Shown: positions 17,053-27,907, counted from the first letter of the stretch. The stretch is DNA of 64,000 bases from Candidatus Segetimicrobium genomatis (GCA_005888595.1 VBAL01000112.1:24353-88352); one strand, 5' to 3'. The notes: generated from the sequence alone by a model not told the origin. Numbers and translations: made by a program.

Positions 17053-19764
17053 ATGTCGCCTGAGGCCATCGCCCAACTCATCGCGTCCCGCAGGAGTCTT
17101 GCCCCGACTGCGCGACCGCCCGACAGCGCCACCGCGCGTTTCGTAAAAGCTGAAGCCGAAGGCGGCTGCGGCGTCGTCGGCCTGGTCTGCACGGTCCCCG
17201 TCGCCGGCCGGCATATTCTGGCACCCTGCGGCCAGATGCACAACCGCGGCAACGGTAAAGGCGGCGGGCTTGCGGTAGCAGGTCTCGTCGCGGAGCAGAT
17301 GGGTGTGGACGAGCACGCACTGCGCACGGATTACCTTATCCAGATCGCGTTGCTCGAGGACGGTACCCGCGGGCGCATCGTCTCGGAGTTCATCGAGCCT
17401 GTGTTGGATGTCCGTACGGGCTACCGCATTCCCACCCTCGATGACTACCGGAATATCGACGGGCTGCAGGTGCGTCCGCCCGACGTCTGGCGGTACTTCG
17501 CCCGGGTCAAGCCCGATGTCCTGGATCGGGTCATAGCCGACAAGCACCTCACCGCCCTGGATCGTCAGGCCGCCGAAGATGAGTTCATCTCCCAGTGGGC
17601 ATTCCGGCTCAATAAGACGTTCTACGCAGACCAGAGGATGCAGGCGTTTGTGATCTCGTACGGCCGGGACATGCTGGTGCTGAAACTCGTCGGCTACGCG
17701 GAGCACGCGTTGCGCTACTACCAAATGGAGAATATCCAGGCCCGGGTGTGGATCGGCCACCAGCGCTATCCGACCAAGGGCCGCGTCTGGCATCCCGGCG
17801 GTGCTCACCCGTTCACCGCGCTCGACACCGCACTGGTGCACAACGGCGACTTCGCCAACTACCACGCCGTCAGCGAGTATCTGGCGCAGCGGAATCTGTT
17901 CCCGTTGTTCCTAACGGATACCGAAGTCTCCGTCCTGCTCGTTGACCTGTGGGCACGGATCTATGGCTATCCGGTGGAGTATGTGATCGAGGCCATGGCG
18001 CCCATGCTGCCGCCGGAGCGGCAGCGGGCCTACCGCGCTATCCAGACCGCGCACATGCACGGCTCCCCCGATGGCCCCTGGTTTTTCATCATCGCCCGCA
18101 CGATCGCAGACTCGCGGTCAAGCGGTCACGCAGTCGCGCCGTCGCGGCCGGACGTTGCCACTACCTCGCTCCACAACCCGATAGCGCGACCGCGCGACGG
18201 CGCGACCGCCTGGCAGTTGATCGGCATCACGGACACTTCGATGCTACGGCCCCAGGTGTTCGCATTGCAGGAGGGAGCGATCTCCGCCGGTATCATCGCG
18301 TCGGAGAAGCAGGCCATCGACGCGACGCTGGCCAGCCTTCACCACGAAGATCCGCGGGTGTGTCCCGTGGCCGACCGCTACTGGAATGCGCGAGGCGGTT
18401 CCTACACCGATGGCGGCGCGTTCATCTTCACGGTCACGGCGGATGAGAAGTTGATCTGCACGGACAAATTCGGGAACCGGGTATCCACTCCGCCCGGACA
18501 GCTGCATTACGTGCCGACCATCCCCATGGCGCCGGCCGCCCGGGCGGGAGGAGCTCCATCCCACGCGCGACGCGGTGGAGCGTCGCACACACCGGCGGCG
18601 GACATCAGCGATGAGGCGGCATTATTCGCGCAGGGGCGCGACGGTCTGCTCGACTGGCCCTACGACATTCTGGTGGCCTGGCTGAACGCGGTCCACCAGG
18701 AGGCGCGGGCCGGCGATCAGGTGCGGAAGATGGTGTTGGGAGCGCTGACCAGCCTTGCGGACCGCCGCCTGCCGACCGGGGCGAAGAAACGCGGTTCAAT
18801 TCTGGCGCTGCTGCACACTGCCATATACAACACGCTGAGGGACGTCCCACTCCTTGAGGGCGTTCCCCCGCATCATGCGACGCGCGGCGCGGCGAGCCGG
18901 ATGCACCGCGTGGACTGGGCGAATCGCGACCGGCTGGGCGGGCCGCCCGCACCGGACCACATCCTTGTCGTTGACGCCGATGGGTTCCCGTCCGAAGGCG
19001 ACCAGAGCCTGGCGCGTGAACTCGTGCACGCGTATCGTGCAGGGTGGCGCTCGTTGATCGTGTTCAACGTGCGCGGCCAGCGGTTCATGGGGAGCGGGTT
19101 TGGACCCGAGTCGACAGGGGTGCGCGTTGACGTGTACGGCAGTGCGGGCGATTACCTGGGTTCAGGGATGGACGGAATAGAGATACACGTGCACAACGAT
19201 GCGCAGGACCAGGTCGGCCAGATCTTGAAGGCCGGCAAACTCGCCGTCTACGGCAACGCGGGGCAGACGCTCCTGTATGGGGCCAAAGGCGGTGAGATCT
19301 ACATCCTGGGGCACGCAGCCGGGCGGCCCCTCATCAATGCGGTGGGGCGGCCACGTGTGGTCATCAACGGCACAGCCCTGGACTATCTGGCGGAGTCGTT
19401 CATGGCCGGCGATCCGCTCGAGGGCGGCGGGTTCGTGGTCCTCAACGGGATCGACTTCGACGTCGACGGTCGCATCGTCGACCTCGACACCCAGTATCCA
19501 GGCAGCAACCTGTTCTCGCTGGCCAGTGGCGGCGCCATTTATGTCCGGGACCCCTTTCAACGGCTGGACGAGGAGCAACTGAACGGCGGGCACTTCACGG
19601 ATATGAGCGAAGCGGACTGGACCACGATCCTGCCGCAACTGCAGGAGAACGAACGGCTGTTCAACATCCCTGTTGACCGGTTGCTCACCGTTGACCACAC
19701 ACTCACTCCCCCCCAGAAAGTGTACAGGAAGGTCGAACCGATGGAGCTTAGCGTCCTAAAGTGA
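17053..19764 (+). CDS. Class-II (Ntn) glutamine amidotransferase fused to a GXGXG (GltB C-terminal/FwdC-like) domain
   Basis: 903 aa. N-terminal GGCGVVGL...NRGNGKGGG...HQRYPTKG...VHNGDFANY matches GltB domain 1. The C-terminus GQRFMGSGFG...VDVYGSAGDYLGSGMDGIEIHVHNDAQDQVG...VYGNAGQTLLYGAKGGEIYILGHAAGRP is the GXGXG beta-helix. A linker of about 250 aa lies between them. Confidence 0.8.
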   Translation: MSPEAIAQLIASRRSLAPTARPPDSATARFVKAEAEGGCGVVGLVCTVPVAGRHILAPCGQMHNRGNGKGGGLAVAGLVAEQMGVDEHALRTDYLIQIALLEDGTRGRIVSEFIEPVLDVRTGYRIPTLDDYRNIDGLQVRPPDVWRYFARVKPDVLDRVIADKHLTALDRQAAEDEFISQWAFRLNKTFYADQRMQAFVISYGRDMLVLKLVGYAEHALRYYQMENIQARVWIGHQRYPTKGRVWHPGGAHPFTALDTALVHNGDFANYHAVSEYLAQRNLFPLFLTDTEVSVLLVDLWARIYGYPVEYVIEAMAPMLPPERQRAYRAIQTAHMHGSPDGPWFFIIARTIADSRSSGHAVAPSRPDVATTSLHNPIARPRDGATAWQLIGITDTSMLRPQVFALQEGAISAGIIASEKQAIDATLASLHHEDPRVCPVADRYWNARGGSYTDGGAFIFTVTADEKLICTDKFGNRVSTPPGQLHYVPTIPMAPAARAGGAPSHARRGGASHTPAADISDEAALFAQGRDGLLDWPYDILVAWLNAVHQEARAGDQVRKMVLGALTSLADRRLPTGAKKRGSILALLHTAIYNTLRDVPLLEGVPPHHATRGAASRMHRVDWANRDRLGGPPAPDHILVVDADGFPSEGDQSLARELVHAYRAGWRSLIVFNVRGQRFMGSGFGPESTGVRVDVYGSAGDYLGSGMDGIEIHVHNDAQDQVGQILKAGKLAVYGNAGQTLLYGAKGGEIYILGHAAGRPLINAVGRPRVVINGTALDYLAESFMAGDPLEGGGFVVLNGIDFDVDGRIVDLDTQYPGSNLFSLASGGAIYVRDPFQRLDEEQLNGGHFTDMSEADWTTILPQLQENERLFNIPVDRLLTVDHTLTPPQKVYRKVEPMELSVLK

Positions 19765-19874
19765 TTTGTGATTAGTGATTCGTGATTAGTGATTCGTTAA
19801 ATACCACCTCCGCGTAGCGAATTTACAGGTTTCCAAACATCGTGGCGAATCACGAATCACAAATCACGAATCAC
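19761..19874. repeat. Tandem-heptamer hairpin, GTGATTC family
   Basis: Left arm 19761-19796: gtgattt gtgatta gtgattc gtgatta gtgattc, overlapping the TGA stop at 19762-19764. Right arm 19846-19874: cgaatca cgaatca caaatca cgaatca c, overlapping the MFS start. Same word as the solo arm at 47735-47763. Confidence 0.9.
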
Positions 19875-21029
19875 TGGAGGTGGTTGCTCCTTCTCTCCGC
19901 CGCCGAAATCCTCACCATGCTCACTTTCGGCAACTACTCAGCGGCGCTGCCTGTGCTGCGCCAGCAGTGGTCGCTTTCCGCGGCGCAGGCCGGTGCCATT
20001 TTCGCCGGCCAGCAGATCGGGTACACAGCCGCCGTGCTTGTGCTCGCGACCCTCACCGACGTTGCCGGCGTCCGGATCATCTACCTGCTCAGCGCGATCT
20101 GGAATGCTGTGTTCGGCGCCCTCTTCGCGACGTTCGCCGATGGCTTTGGCTCGGCCCTCGTGTTGCGAACGCTCGGCGGCATGGGGCTGGCCGGCACCTA
20201 TGTACCGGGAATGCGCCTGGTGGTGGAAACCTTCCCCCCGCAACGCCGCGGTGCCGCGATGGGCGTCTACATTGCCTGCTTCAGCCTCGGCATCAGCCTC
20301 TCGCTGCTGCTGACCGGTATCATCCTGCCTTACAGCTGGCGCGCCGCATTTGCGGTGACCTCAGCCGGTCCGCTGGCAGCGGCCCTCGTTGCCTGGGGGA
20401 CCGTCCGGGACATCGCGCGGCCGGCGGCCCGGCTGCGCTCGGCGATCAGAGAGGCGCTCCGCAACCGCCGCGCCTTGCGCATCATTGTCGCCTACGCGGC
20501 CCATAACTGGGAGTTGTTTGGGATGCGCGCCTGGCTCCCGGCATTCTTGACCACGCTGTGGGTCCAGCAGGGGATGCCATTGACGGCTGCTACGGCGCGC
20601 GGCGCCACGTTCGCATCACTCGTGCTGGTCGGTAGCGCCCTGAGCAACGCGGCCGGAGGCTGGCTGTCCGATCACCTGGGGCGGCGCCGGACGATCCTCA
20701 TGTTCCTGACCGCCTCGGCCCTGTGTTCTGCTTTGATCGGATGGACGCCGCGGCTGGGGATGGCCGCCGTGCTGATCCTTGCCCTCGTCTACGGGCTGCT
20801 GGTCACGGCTGATTCGTCGACCATCTCAACTGCCGTCGCCGAGTCGGCCACGGCTGACACGCTGGGCGCCACCCTGGCCGTGCAGTCCGGGCTGGGATTC
20901 CTGGTCACCGCAATCTCTCCGTCTCTGTTCGGGGCAATCCTCGACGGCACCGGCGGCACCTGGGGGTGGGCCTTTGCATCATTGGGCGCGGCGGCTTTGT
21001 TGGGCATCACCGCCATCTTAAAGCGCTGA
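19842..21029 (+). CDS. MFS transporter
   Basis: 395 aa with about 12 predicted hydrophobic helices. MFS loop motif-like GRRRTILM. The N-terminal residues ANHESQITNH are encoded by the heptamer repeat (GTG start at 19842). Confidence 0.85.
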   Translation: MANHESQITNHWRWLLLLSAAEILTMLTFGNYSAALPVLRQQWSLSAAQAGAIFAGQQIGYTAAVLVLATLTDVAGVRIIYLLSAIWNAVFGALFATFADGFGSALVLRTLGGMGLAGTYVPGMRLVVETFPPQRRGAAMGVYIACFSLGISLSLLLTGIILPYSWRAAFAVTSAGPLAAALVAWGTVRDIARPAARLRSAIREALRNRRALRIIVAYAAHNWELFGMRAWLPAFLTTLWVQQGMPLTAATARGATFASLVLVGSALSNAAGGWLSDHLGRRRTILMFLTASALCSALIGWTPRLGMAAVLILALVYGLLVTADSSTISTAVAESATADTLGATLAVQSGLGFLVTAISPSLFGAILDGTGGTWGWAFASLGAAALLGITAILKR

Positions 21030-21067
21030 TTGTGCCGGTTTGACTGGGACGGGTACAATTATATGTT

Positions 21068-24000
21068 ATGACCCTCCACGATCTGCTGCCGCTCCTGCGC
21101 CAGCAGGAACCGTACACCCGGCTGCTCGACGCCGTTCGGCGCCGCAGCCATCCCTGGCTGGTCGGTCCTGCCGGGGCAGAAAAGGCATATCTCCTGGCGG
21201 CGCTGGCTGATGACCTTGCCGTCCCTGGACCAGGAGCCGCGGGCCCCGAGCCACGACGAGGGGTCGCAGACGTCGAGGAACATCGAGGCGTCGTTCTGCT
21301 GGCCACGCCATCACACGACGCAGCAGAACGGCTGCACGATGATTTGCTGACGTTTGCTCCGACATTAGAGGGCAGTGTCACGGTGTTTCCTCAGTGGGAC
21401 GTGCGGGGGGACGGTGAACGCCCGGCTCCTCAAATCGTCGGGGACCGGGTGGCGGTGCTCTTGCGGTTGCTGGACGGTCCGCCGCCGTGGATCGTCGTGC
21501 CGGTCTCGGCGCTGCTGCGGGTCGTTCCATCACCAGATGAGTTTCGCGGTTCCACGAGACGCCTTCGGCAGGGCGATCGCGGCGACCGGGAAGCGATCGT
21601 CACTTTCCTGGCTGAGAGCGGCTACGAACGGGTCGAACTGGTCGAAGCCAAAGGACAGTTTGCGGTGCGGGGCGGGATCCTGGACGTGTTCCCCGGACAC
21701 CTGGACACTCCCGTCCGCGCAGAATGGTTTGGCGATGAGATCGAATCCCTGCGGGCATTCGACCCAACCACGCAACGCAGCACCCAGCCTCTACCGGTGG
21801 CGCTGCTCACGCCCGTAACCGAACGCGGCGGGAGCGCGACGCTGCTCGACTACTTGCCGCGTTCGTCGCTGCTGATCCTGGACGAACCCGACGAACTGCA
21901 ACGCCAGGCGCGCACGCTGCTGGAGCGCGCAGCCCCGGGGACGCTGGTCCCGTGGGAGGACGTGGCGCACCGGACCAACGACATGGTCCGTCTGAGCCTC
22001 TCGACGCTGCATGCCGCCGAAGGCACCGCGGTCGAGATCTCGATGCGCTTCGCCGGGGTCGAAGCGTTCGGAGGGCAGATGAAACTGCTGGCCCGCGCAA
22101 TGGAAGAGTGGCAGGCGCAGGGTCACCGTATCGTCGTCGCCACCACACAAGCGCAGCGGATGCGGGAAATTCTCGCCGACCACGGCGTAGGCGCACTGGC
22201 CACCGGCGAATCTACCACCCTGCCGGACCCCGGTCACGTCGCTGTGATCAACGCGCCGCTGTCTCGCGGGTTTGAGCTGGAGGCGGCGTCCCTGGTGGTG
22301 GTCAGCGATAGCGAAATCGTCGGCTGGCGGCGGAGAAGGCGCAAGCTGCGGTTCCGCGAGGGCGTCCGGCTCTACTCCTGGACCGATCTATCCGCCGGCG
22401 ACCTCGTCGTGCACATCCACCACGGCATCGGCATCTACCGCGGCATGGTCCGGCTGTTGCTGCACAGCGCGGAACGCGACTATCTCCATCTGGAGTACGC
22501 GCAGGGCGACCGGCTGTACGTACCGACAGACCAGATCAATCTCGTGCAGCGCTACATCGGCGTGGAGGGCCAGCAGCCGAAGATCCACCGCCTGGGCGGC
22601 GCGGAGTGGGAACGCGAGAAGAAGCGTGTCAAGGAAGCGGCACAGGAGATGGCGCGGGAGTTACTGCAGCTGTACGCGGTGCGGGAGACCGTCCCCGGCC
22701 ACGCGTTCTCGGCAGACACGCCGTGGCAGCAAGAGTTGGAGGCGACGTTCGAATTTGAGGAGACGCCCGACCAGTGGCTGGCCATCCAGGACGTCAAGCG
22801 TGACATGGAGGCACCCAAGCCGATGGACCGGCTGATCGCGGGGGACGTCGGCTACGGCAAGACCGAGGTCGCGCTCCGCGCGGCGTTCAAGGCGGTGATG
22901 GACGGCAAGCAGGTCGCCGTACTGGTACCCACCACCATCCTGGCGCAACAGCATTACAACGTCTTCCTCAAACGGCTGGCCGCCTATCCAATGAAGGTGG
23001 AGGTGCTCAGCCGGTTTCGCAGCCGTGTCGAGCAGCGCCGGGTGATCGACGGGATCGCTGCCGGCACCGTCGATATCGTCATCGGCACCCACCGGCTGCT
23101 TCAAAAGGACGTGCGGTTCGCCAAGCTCGGCCTCGTGATCATCGACGAGGAGCAGCGATTCGGGGTCAAGCACAAGGAACAACTCAAACAGTTGCGCAGA
23201 AGCGTCGACGTGCTGACCCTCACGGCCACCCCGATCCCACGCACGCTGCATATGTCCCTGGTGGGACTGCGGGACATGTCGGTGATGGAAACGCCGCCCG
23301 ATGCCCGGCTGCCGATCATCACGGAGATCCGCCCCTACGAAGGGGAGGCCATCCGGGAGATGATCCAGCGGGAACTGGACCGTGGAGGGCAGGTGTACGT
23401 TGTGCACAACCGTGTCGAGACCATCGAACGGGCGGCCCGCCGCATCCGCTCGGCCGTGCCGGAGGCCAGGGTGGCCGTGGCGCACGGGCAGATGCCGGAG
23501 GAACGGCTGGAACAGGTGATGATGGATTTCCTCGGCGGCCGGTCCGACGTGCTCGTGTGCACGACGATCGTGGAGATCGGGCTCGACATTCCCCGTGTGA
23601 ATACGATTCTGGTGGAGGACGCGCACGTGATGGGCCTGTCCCAGCTCTACCAGCTGCGCGGCCGCGTCGGCCGGTCCGACGTCCAGGCGTACTGCTACCT
23701 GCTGTACCCCAGGGGCGTACCGTTGACCGACGAAGCCCGCCAGCGGCTGCAGGCGATGCAGGAATTCGTTGAGCTGGGCTCGGGCTTCAAGCTGGCCATG
23801 AGAGACCTGGAGATCCGCGGCGCCGGCAATCTCCTCGGACCTGAGCAGCACGGTCACCTTGCCGCCGTGGGGTTCGAGCTGTATAGCCGGCTGCTGGATG
23901 AATCCATTCGTGAGTTGCGCGGCCAGATCGTGGAGGAGGTGCCCGACGCCACGGTCGATCTCGGCGTGGACGCCTACCTCCCCGAACCATACATCCCCGA

Positions 24001-24424
24001 CGAAGGACAGCGCATGGCCATGTATCGCAAGATGGCGGCGGTCCGGACGCCGGAAGAAGCGGGCGAGGTGGCCGAGGAGATCACCGACCGCTATGGCCCG
24101 CCACCCAGTCAGGCAGCCAACCTCCTCCAGATCGTGCGGCTGCGCGCGCTGGCGCGCGATGCCGGCGTGGCGGCCATCGCGCGGGAGCAGGATCGCATCG
24201 TGCTGAAAGCGGCCGCCGGCTGGTCGCTGGGCGCCGAAGAGGAAGCGGCCCTCGTGCGGCAGTTCGGAGGGCGGCTCACCGTGGCGGCGGGGATCCTTCG
24301 CCTGCGACCAGGCGGCCCTGGCCTGGCCGACGTCGAGACGATGACGCAGGTGCTGCAGGCCCTGGCGCACCACGCCCGCCGGCGAGAACCCGCCGGGATT
24401 GCGCCTGGCCACGGCGACAGTTAG
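21068..24424 (+). CDS. mfd: Transcription-repair coupling factor Mfd
   Basis: 1118 aa. UvrB-homology N-terminus, CarD/RID-like segment (DLVVHIHHGIGIYRG), SF2 helicase motifs (GDVGYGKTEVALRAAF, IIDEEQRFGV, TATPIPRTL) and a TRG motif region. Confidence 0.95.
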   Translation: MTLHDLLPLLRQQEPYTRLLDAVRRRSHPWLVGPAGAEKAYLLAALADDLAVPGPGAAGPEPRRGVADVEEHRGVVLLATPSHDAAERLHDDLLTFAPTLEGSVTVFPQWDVRGDGERPAPQIVGDRVAVLLRLLDGPPPWIVVPVSALLRVVPSPDEFRGSTRRLRQGDRGDREAIVTFLAESGYERVELVEAKGQFAVRGGILDVFPGHLDTPVRAEWFGDEIESLRAFDPTTQRSTQPLPVALLTPVTERGGSATLLDYLPRSSLLILDEPDELQRQARTLLERAAPGTLVPWEDVAHRTNDMVRLSLSTLHAAEGTAVEISMRFAGVEAFGGQMKLLARAMEEWQAQGHRIVVATTQAQRMREILADHGVGALATGESTTLPDPGHVAVINAPLSRGFELEAASLVVVSDSEIVGWRRRRRKLRFREGVRLYSWTDLSAGDLVVHIHHGIGIYRGMVRLLLHSAERDYLHLEYAQGDRLYVPTDQINLVQRYIGVEGQQPKIHRLGGAEWEREKKRVKEAAQEMARELLQLYAVRETVPGHAFSADTPWQQELEATFEFEETPDQWLAIQDVKRDMEAPKPMDRLIAGDVGYGKTEVALRAAFKAVMDGKQVAVLVPTTILAQQHYNVFLKRLAAYPMKVEVLSRFRSRVEQRRVIDGIAAGTVDIVIGTHRLLQKDVRFAKLGLVIIDEEQRFGVKHKEQLKQLRRSVDVLTLTATPIPRTLHMSLVGLRDMSVMETPPDARLPIITEIRPYEGEAIREMIQRELDRGGQVYVVHNRVETIERAARRIRSAVPEARVAVAHGQMPEERLEQVMMDFLGGRSDVLVCTTIVEIGLDIPRVNTILVEDAHVMGLSQLYQLRGRVGRSDVQAYCYLLYPRGVPLTDEARQRLQAMQEFVELGSGFKLAMRDLEIRGAGNLLGPEQHGHLAAVGFELYSRLLDESIRELRGQIVEEVPDATVDLGVDAYLPEPYIPDEGQRMAMYRKMAAVRTPEEAGEVAEEITDRYGPPPSQAANLLQIVRLRALARDAGVAAIAREQDRIVLKAAAGWSLGAEEEAALVRQFGGRLTVAAGILRLRPGGPGLADVETMTQVLQALAHHARRREPAGIAPGHGDS

Positions 24425-24447
24425 GATGGAACGGCGTGCAGACAACT

Positions 24448-24530
24448 GCGGGACTAGGGACTCGGGACTAGGGAATGGAACCTCCTGGGGAATTTCCCCA
24501 GTCCCCAGTCCCCAGTCCCCAGTCCCGTAG
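24448..24530. repeat. Tandem-heptamer hairpin, GGGACTA/CCCCAGT family
   Basis: Left arm 24448-24478: gcgggacta gggactc gggacta gggaatgg. Apex: ggggaatttcccc. Right arm 24496-24527: (ccccagt) x4, then cccgtag. Same word as 53712-53733. Confidence 0.9.
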
Positions 24531-24547
24531 TATCGGAGGTTTCAAGA

Positions 24548-25504
24548 GTGAATGGCCAAGCCCGGATCGTGATCCTGGGACTCGTCGCTGCGCTCCTCGC
24601 CGGGGGCGCCGTGACAGCAGTCACCATCGGGATGCAACGGGGTACGGCGGTCGCCGCCACCGTCAACGGTGAAGTGATTTACGTCAACGAACTAAACGGA
24701 CAGGTCGACACCCTCGCCAAACAGTACGGACTCGATATGGGAACTGCGGACGGCGCCCGGCAGCGAGCGGAAATCTCCCGCGTGGTCCTCGACCAGCTCA
24801 TCGAGCAGCGGCTGGTGCTCCAGGAGGCTCGCCGAAACAGCGCCATGCCCACGGAAACGCAGGTCGAGTCACAGCTCCAAGAGATCAAGCGCAACTTCCC
24901 CGCCGAAAGCGACTTCGAGATGGCGCTGTCGCAGCGCAACCTCTCGCTCACCGAGCTCAAGGATCGCCTGCGGACCAATCTGGCCGTGCGGAATCTCATG
25001 GTGAAGGTGGCGCCGGCCACGGTGAGCGACCTCGAGATCGAGCAATACTTCCGCGAGCACCGCAACGAGTTCGACCGGTCCGAGCAGGTCCACGTCAAAC
25101 ACATCCTCCTGGACGACGAGAATCAGGCCCGGCTGGTGCTGGCCAAGCTGCGGCGTGGCGAGTCGTTTGATGATCTGGCGCGTCAGTACTCCAAGGATCC
25201 CGGCAGTCGCGAGCAGGGCGGCGACCTCGGGTTCGTCAGCCGTGGGCAGCTGGTGCCCGAATTTGAGCAGGTGGCCTTCGCGCTGCAGCCCAAGCAGATC
25301 TCGGACATTGTCAAGACGCAATACGGCTATCATCTCATCCAGGTCCTCGAACGCCGGCCTCCGCAACCGGCTACGCTCGAGCAGGCACGTGACCAGATCC
25401 GCGGGGTCCTGTTGTCCGGCAGGCAAGAAGCGTCCTTCCAGGAGTGGTTGAAAAAGATCAAGACTCAGGCAAAGATCACGCGGACGGACCAACCCACAAA
25501 GTAA
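24548..25504 (+). CDS. Peptidylprolyl isomerase (SurA-N + parvulin/PpiC domain, PrsA-like)
   Basis: N-terminal membrane anchor IVILGLVAALLAGGAV. Parvulin core VHVKHILL...FDDLARQYSKDPGSREQGGDLGFVSRGQLVPEFEQVAF...GYHLIQV. GTG start with GGAGG 8 nt upstream. Confidence 0.88.
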   Translation: MNGQARIVILGLVAALLAGGAVTAVTIGMQRGTAVAATVNGEVIYVNELNGQVDTLAKQYGLDMGTADGARQRAEISRVVLDQLIEQRLVLQEARRNSAMPTETQVESQLQEIKRNFPAESDFEMALSQRNLSLTELKDRLRTNLAVRNLMVKVAPATVSDLEIEQYFREHRNEFDRSEQVHVKHILLDDENQARLVLAKLRRGESFDDLARQYSKDPGSREQGGDLGFVSRGQLVPEFEQVAFALQPKQISDIVKTQYGYHLIQVLERRPPQPATLEQARDQIRGVLLSGRQEASFQEWLKKIKTQAKITRTDQPTK

Positions 25505-25511
25505 ACGTGCC

Positions 25512-25584
25512 GATGTTGGATCTTCGATCCTGGATGTTGGGTGCGCGGATTTGACCCAGGATCCAGCATCCAGGATCCCGGATC
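25512..25584. repeat. Tandem-heptamer hairpin, GATCCTG/CCAGGAT family
   Basis: Left arm 25512-25541: gatgttg gatcttc gatcctg gatgttg gg. Right arm 25556-25584: cccagga tccagca tccagga tcccgga tc. Same word as 56941-56980. Confidence 0.88.
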
Positions 25585-25590
25585 GTCATT

Positions 25591-25860
25591 ATGCGGTTAG
25601 ATAAGTTTCTCCAGGTCAGCCGCCTCGTGAAGCGGCGCACGCTGGCGCACACCCTGTGCGAGGCCGGCCGGGTGCGGATCAACGGCGCCGCGGCAAAGCC
25701 TGCGGCATCCGTCAGGCTGGGAGATGTGATCACCATCTCACGGGGCGACCGCCGGCTCGTGGCAAAAGTCGTCGCCGTCCCCGATCGACCACAACCCGCA
25801 GGGGATCTGGTAGAAATCCTCGGTCGTATCAGCATGAAAGACCTCACCATAGGGACCTAG
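25591..25860 (+). CDS. S4-domain RNA-binding protein (YabO/Hsp15-like)
   Basis: MRLDKFLQVSRLVKRRTLAHTLCEAGRVRINGAAAKPAASVRLGDVITI. Confidence 0.85.
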   Translation: MRLDKFLQVSRLVKRRTLAHTLCEAGRVRINGAAAKPAASVRLGDVITISRGDRRLVAKVVAVPDRPQPAGDLVEILGRISMKDLTIGT

Positions 25861-27270
<1,410 letters not shown>

Positions 27271-27385
27271 AGGAACCCTTCATCACGCGCGAAATATACT
27301 ACGCCTTGAAGTCCCGGGCTATCGAACACTCGATCCCGGTTGTCGTCGCACCTTCTACGTCGCAGCGTCTGGAGCGGACATCGCC

Positions 27386-27877
27386 GTGGGCCTGGGAGCT
27401 GTCACATACCATCGCGGGCGGTCGCGTGGGCGGGGCCGGCGCGCTCCGCGGTGGGCGGTCATCGGGGCCACCGCAGTTGCCGGGGTCGCTCTGGTCGTTG
27501 TGTTCGGCACAAGCTTCCTCCAAGTCTACCGCCTCGAACGTGAAGCAGCCAGGCTGGAACAGCGAAAGCGTGCCCTGGAAGCTCAGAACGACCAGTTGCG
27601 CGACGAGATCCGGCTGCTCCACACCCCCCAGTACATCGAGAAGTTGGCCCGCGAGCAACTGGGCCTGGTCAAACCGGGCGAGATCGCTTTGCTCATCGTG
27701 CAACCGCCCACCGGCTCTTCAGTCCGGCGCCCTACGTCAGATGATAGAGGCATCCGGACTACGTCCGATGGTGCGGGGGAGCGTCCCGCACCATACGACG
27801 TGGGGCAACGCGCACCCGCGTCCCGCCTGGGGTGGGCAAGACGGGTGTGGAACGCCTTCCGCAGCCTGTTCCCCTGA
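27386..27877 (+). CDS. Septum formation initiator family protein (FtsB/DivIC-like)
   Basis: Basic tail, then a TM segment (WAVIGATAVAGVALVVVFG), then a coiled coil (LEREAARLEQRKRALEAQNDQLRDEIRLLHTPQYIEKLAREQLGLVKPGE). The longest ORF (from 26981) overlaps eno, so the in-frame GTG at 27386 is proposed as the start. Confidence 0.7.
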   Translation: MGLGAVTYHRGRSRGRGRRAPRWAVIGATAVAGVALVVVFGTSFLQVYRLEREAARLEQRKRALEAQNDQLRDEIRLLHTPQYIEKLAREQLGLVKPGEIALLIVQPPTGSSVRRPTSDDRGIRTTSDGAGERPAPYDVGQRAPASRLGWARRVWNAFRSLFP

Positions 27878-27907
27878 TTGACACTCCCCGCAGAGGGGCC
27901 GTATAAT
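27878..27907 (+). promoter_or_regulatory. Consensus sigma-70/sigmaA-type promoter for the S1-domain gene
   Basis: TTGACA (27878-27883), an 18-nt spacer, then TATAAT (27902-27907). GAGGAGG follows at 27928-27934. Confidence 0.5.

Noticed and set aside
21030-21067. TACAAT at 21054-21059, 9 nt before the mfd ATG, considered as a leaderless-mRNA promoter.
   Set aside because: The -35 (TTGTGC) is poor and there is no supporting evidence. Read-through from the upstream MFS gene is equally plausible.
22661-24445. Long antisense ORFs opposite real genes: 22661..24445 opposite mfd, 45213..46865 opposite prkA, 7972..9291, 6719..7816, 4296..5141, 25903..26952, 57086..58093, 54044..55024, 52109..53002, 48083..48988, 48639..49823, 40397..41494, 29136..30023 and 31847..32512.
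   Set aside because: These are typical shadow ORFs of high-GC DNA. Their translations are Arg/Pro/Gly/Ala-rich with no recognisable motifs, and the opposite strand encodes clearly homologous proteins.
24496-24527. (CCCCAGT)x4 and the other short tandem arrays looked at first like CRISPR or minisatellite arrays.
   Set aside because: The units are only 7-9 nt with no unique spacers. The arrays come in complementary pairs that form hairpins, and no cas genes are present. They are not CRISPR.
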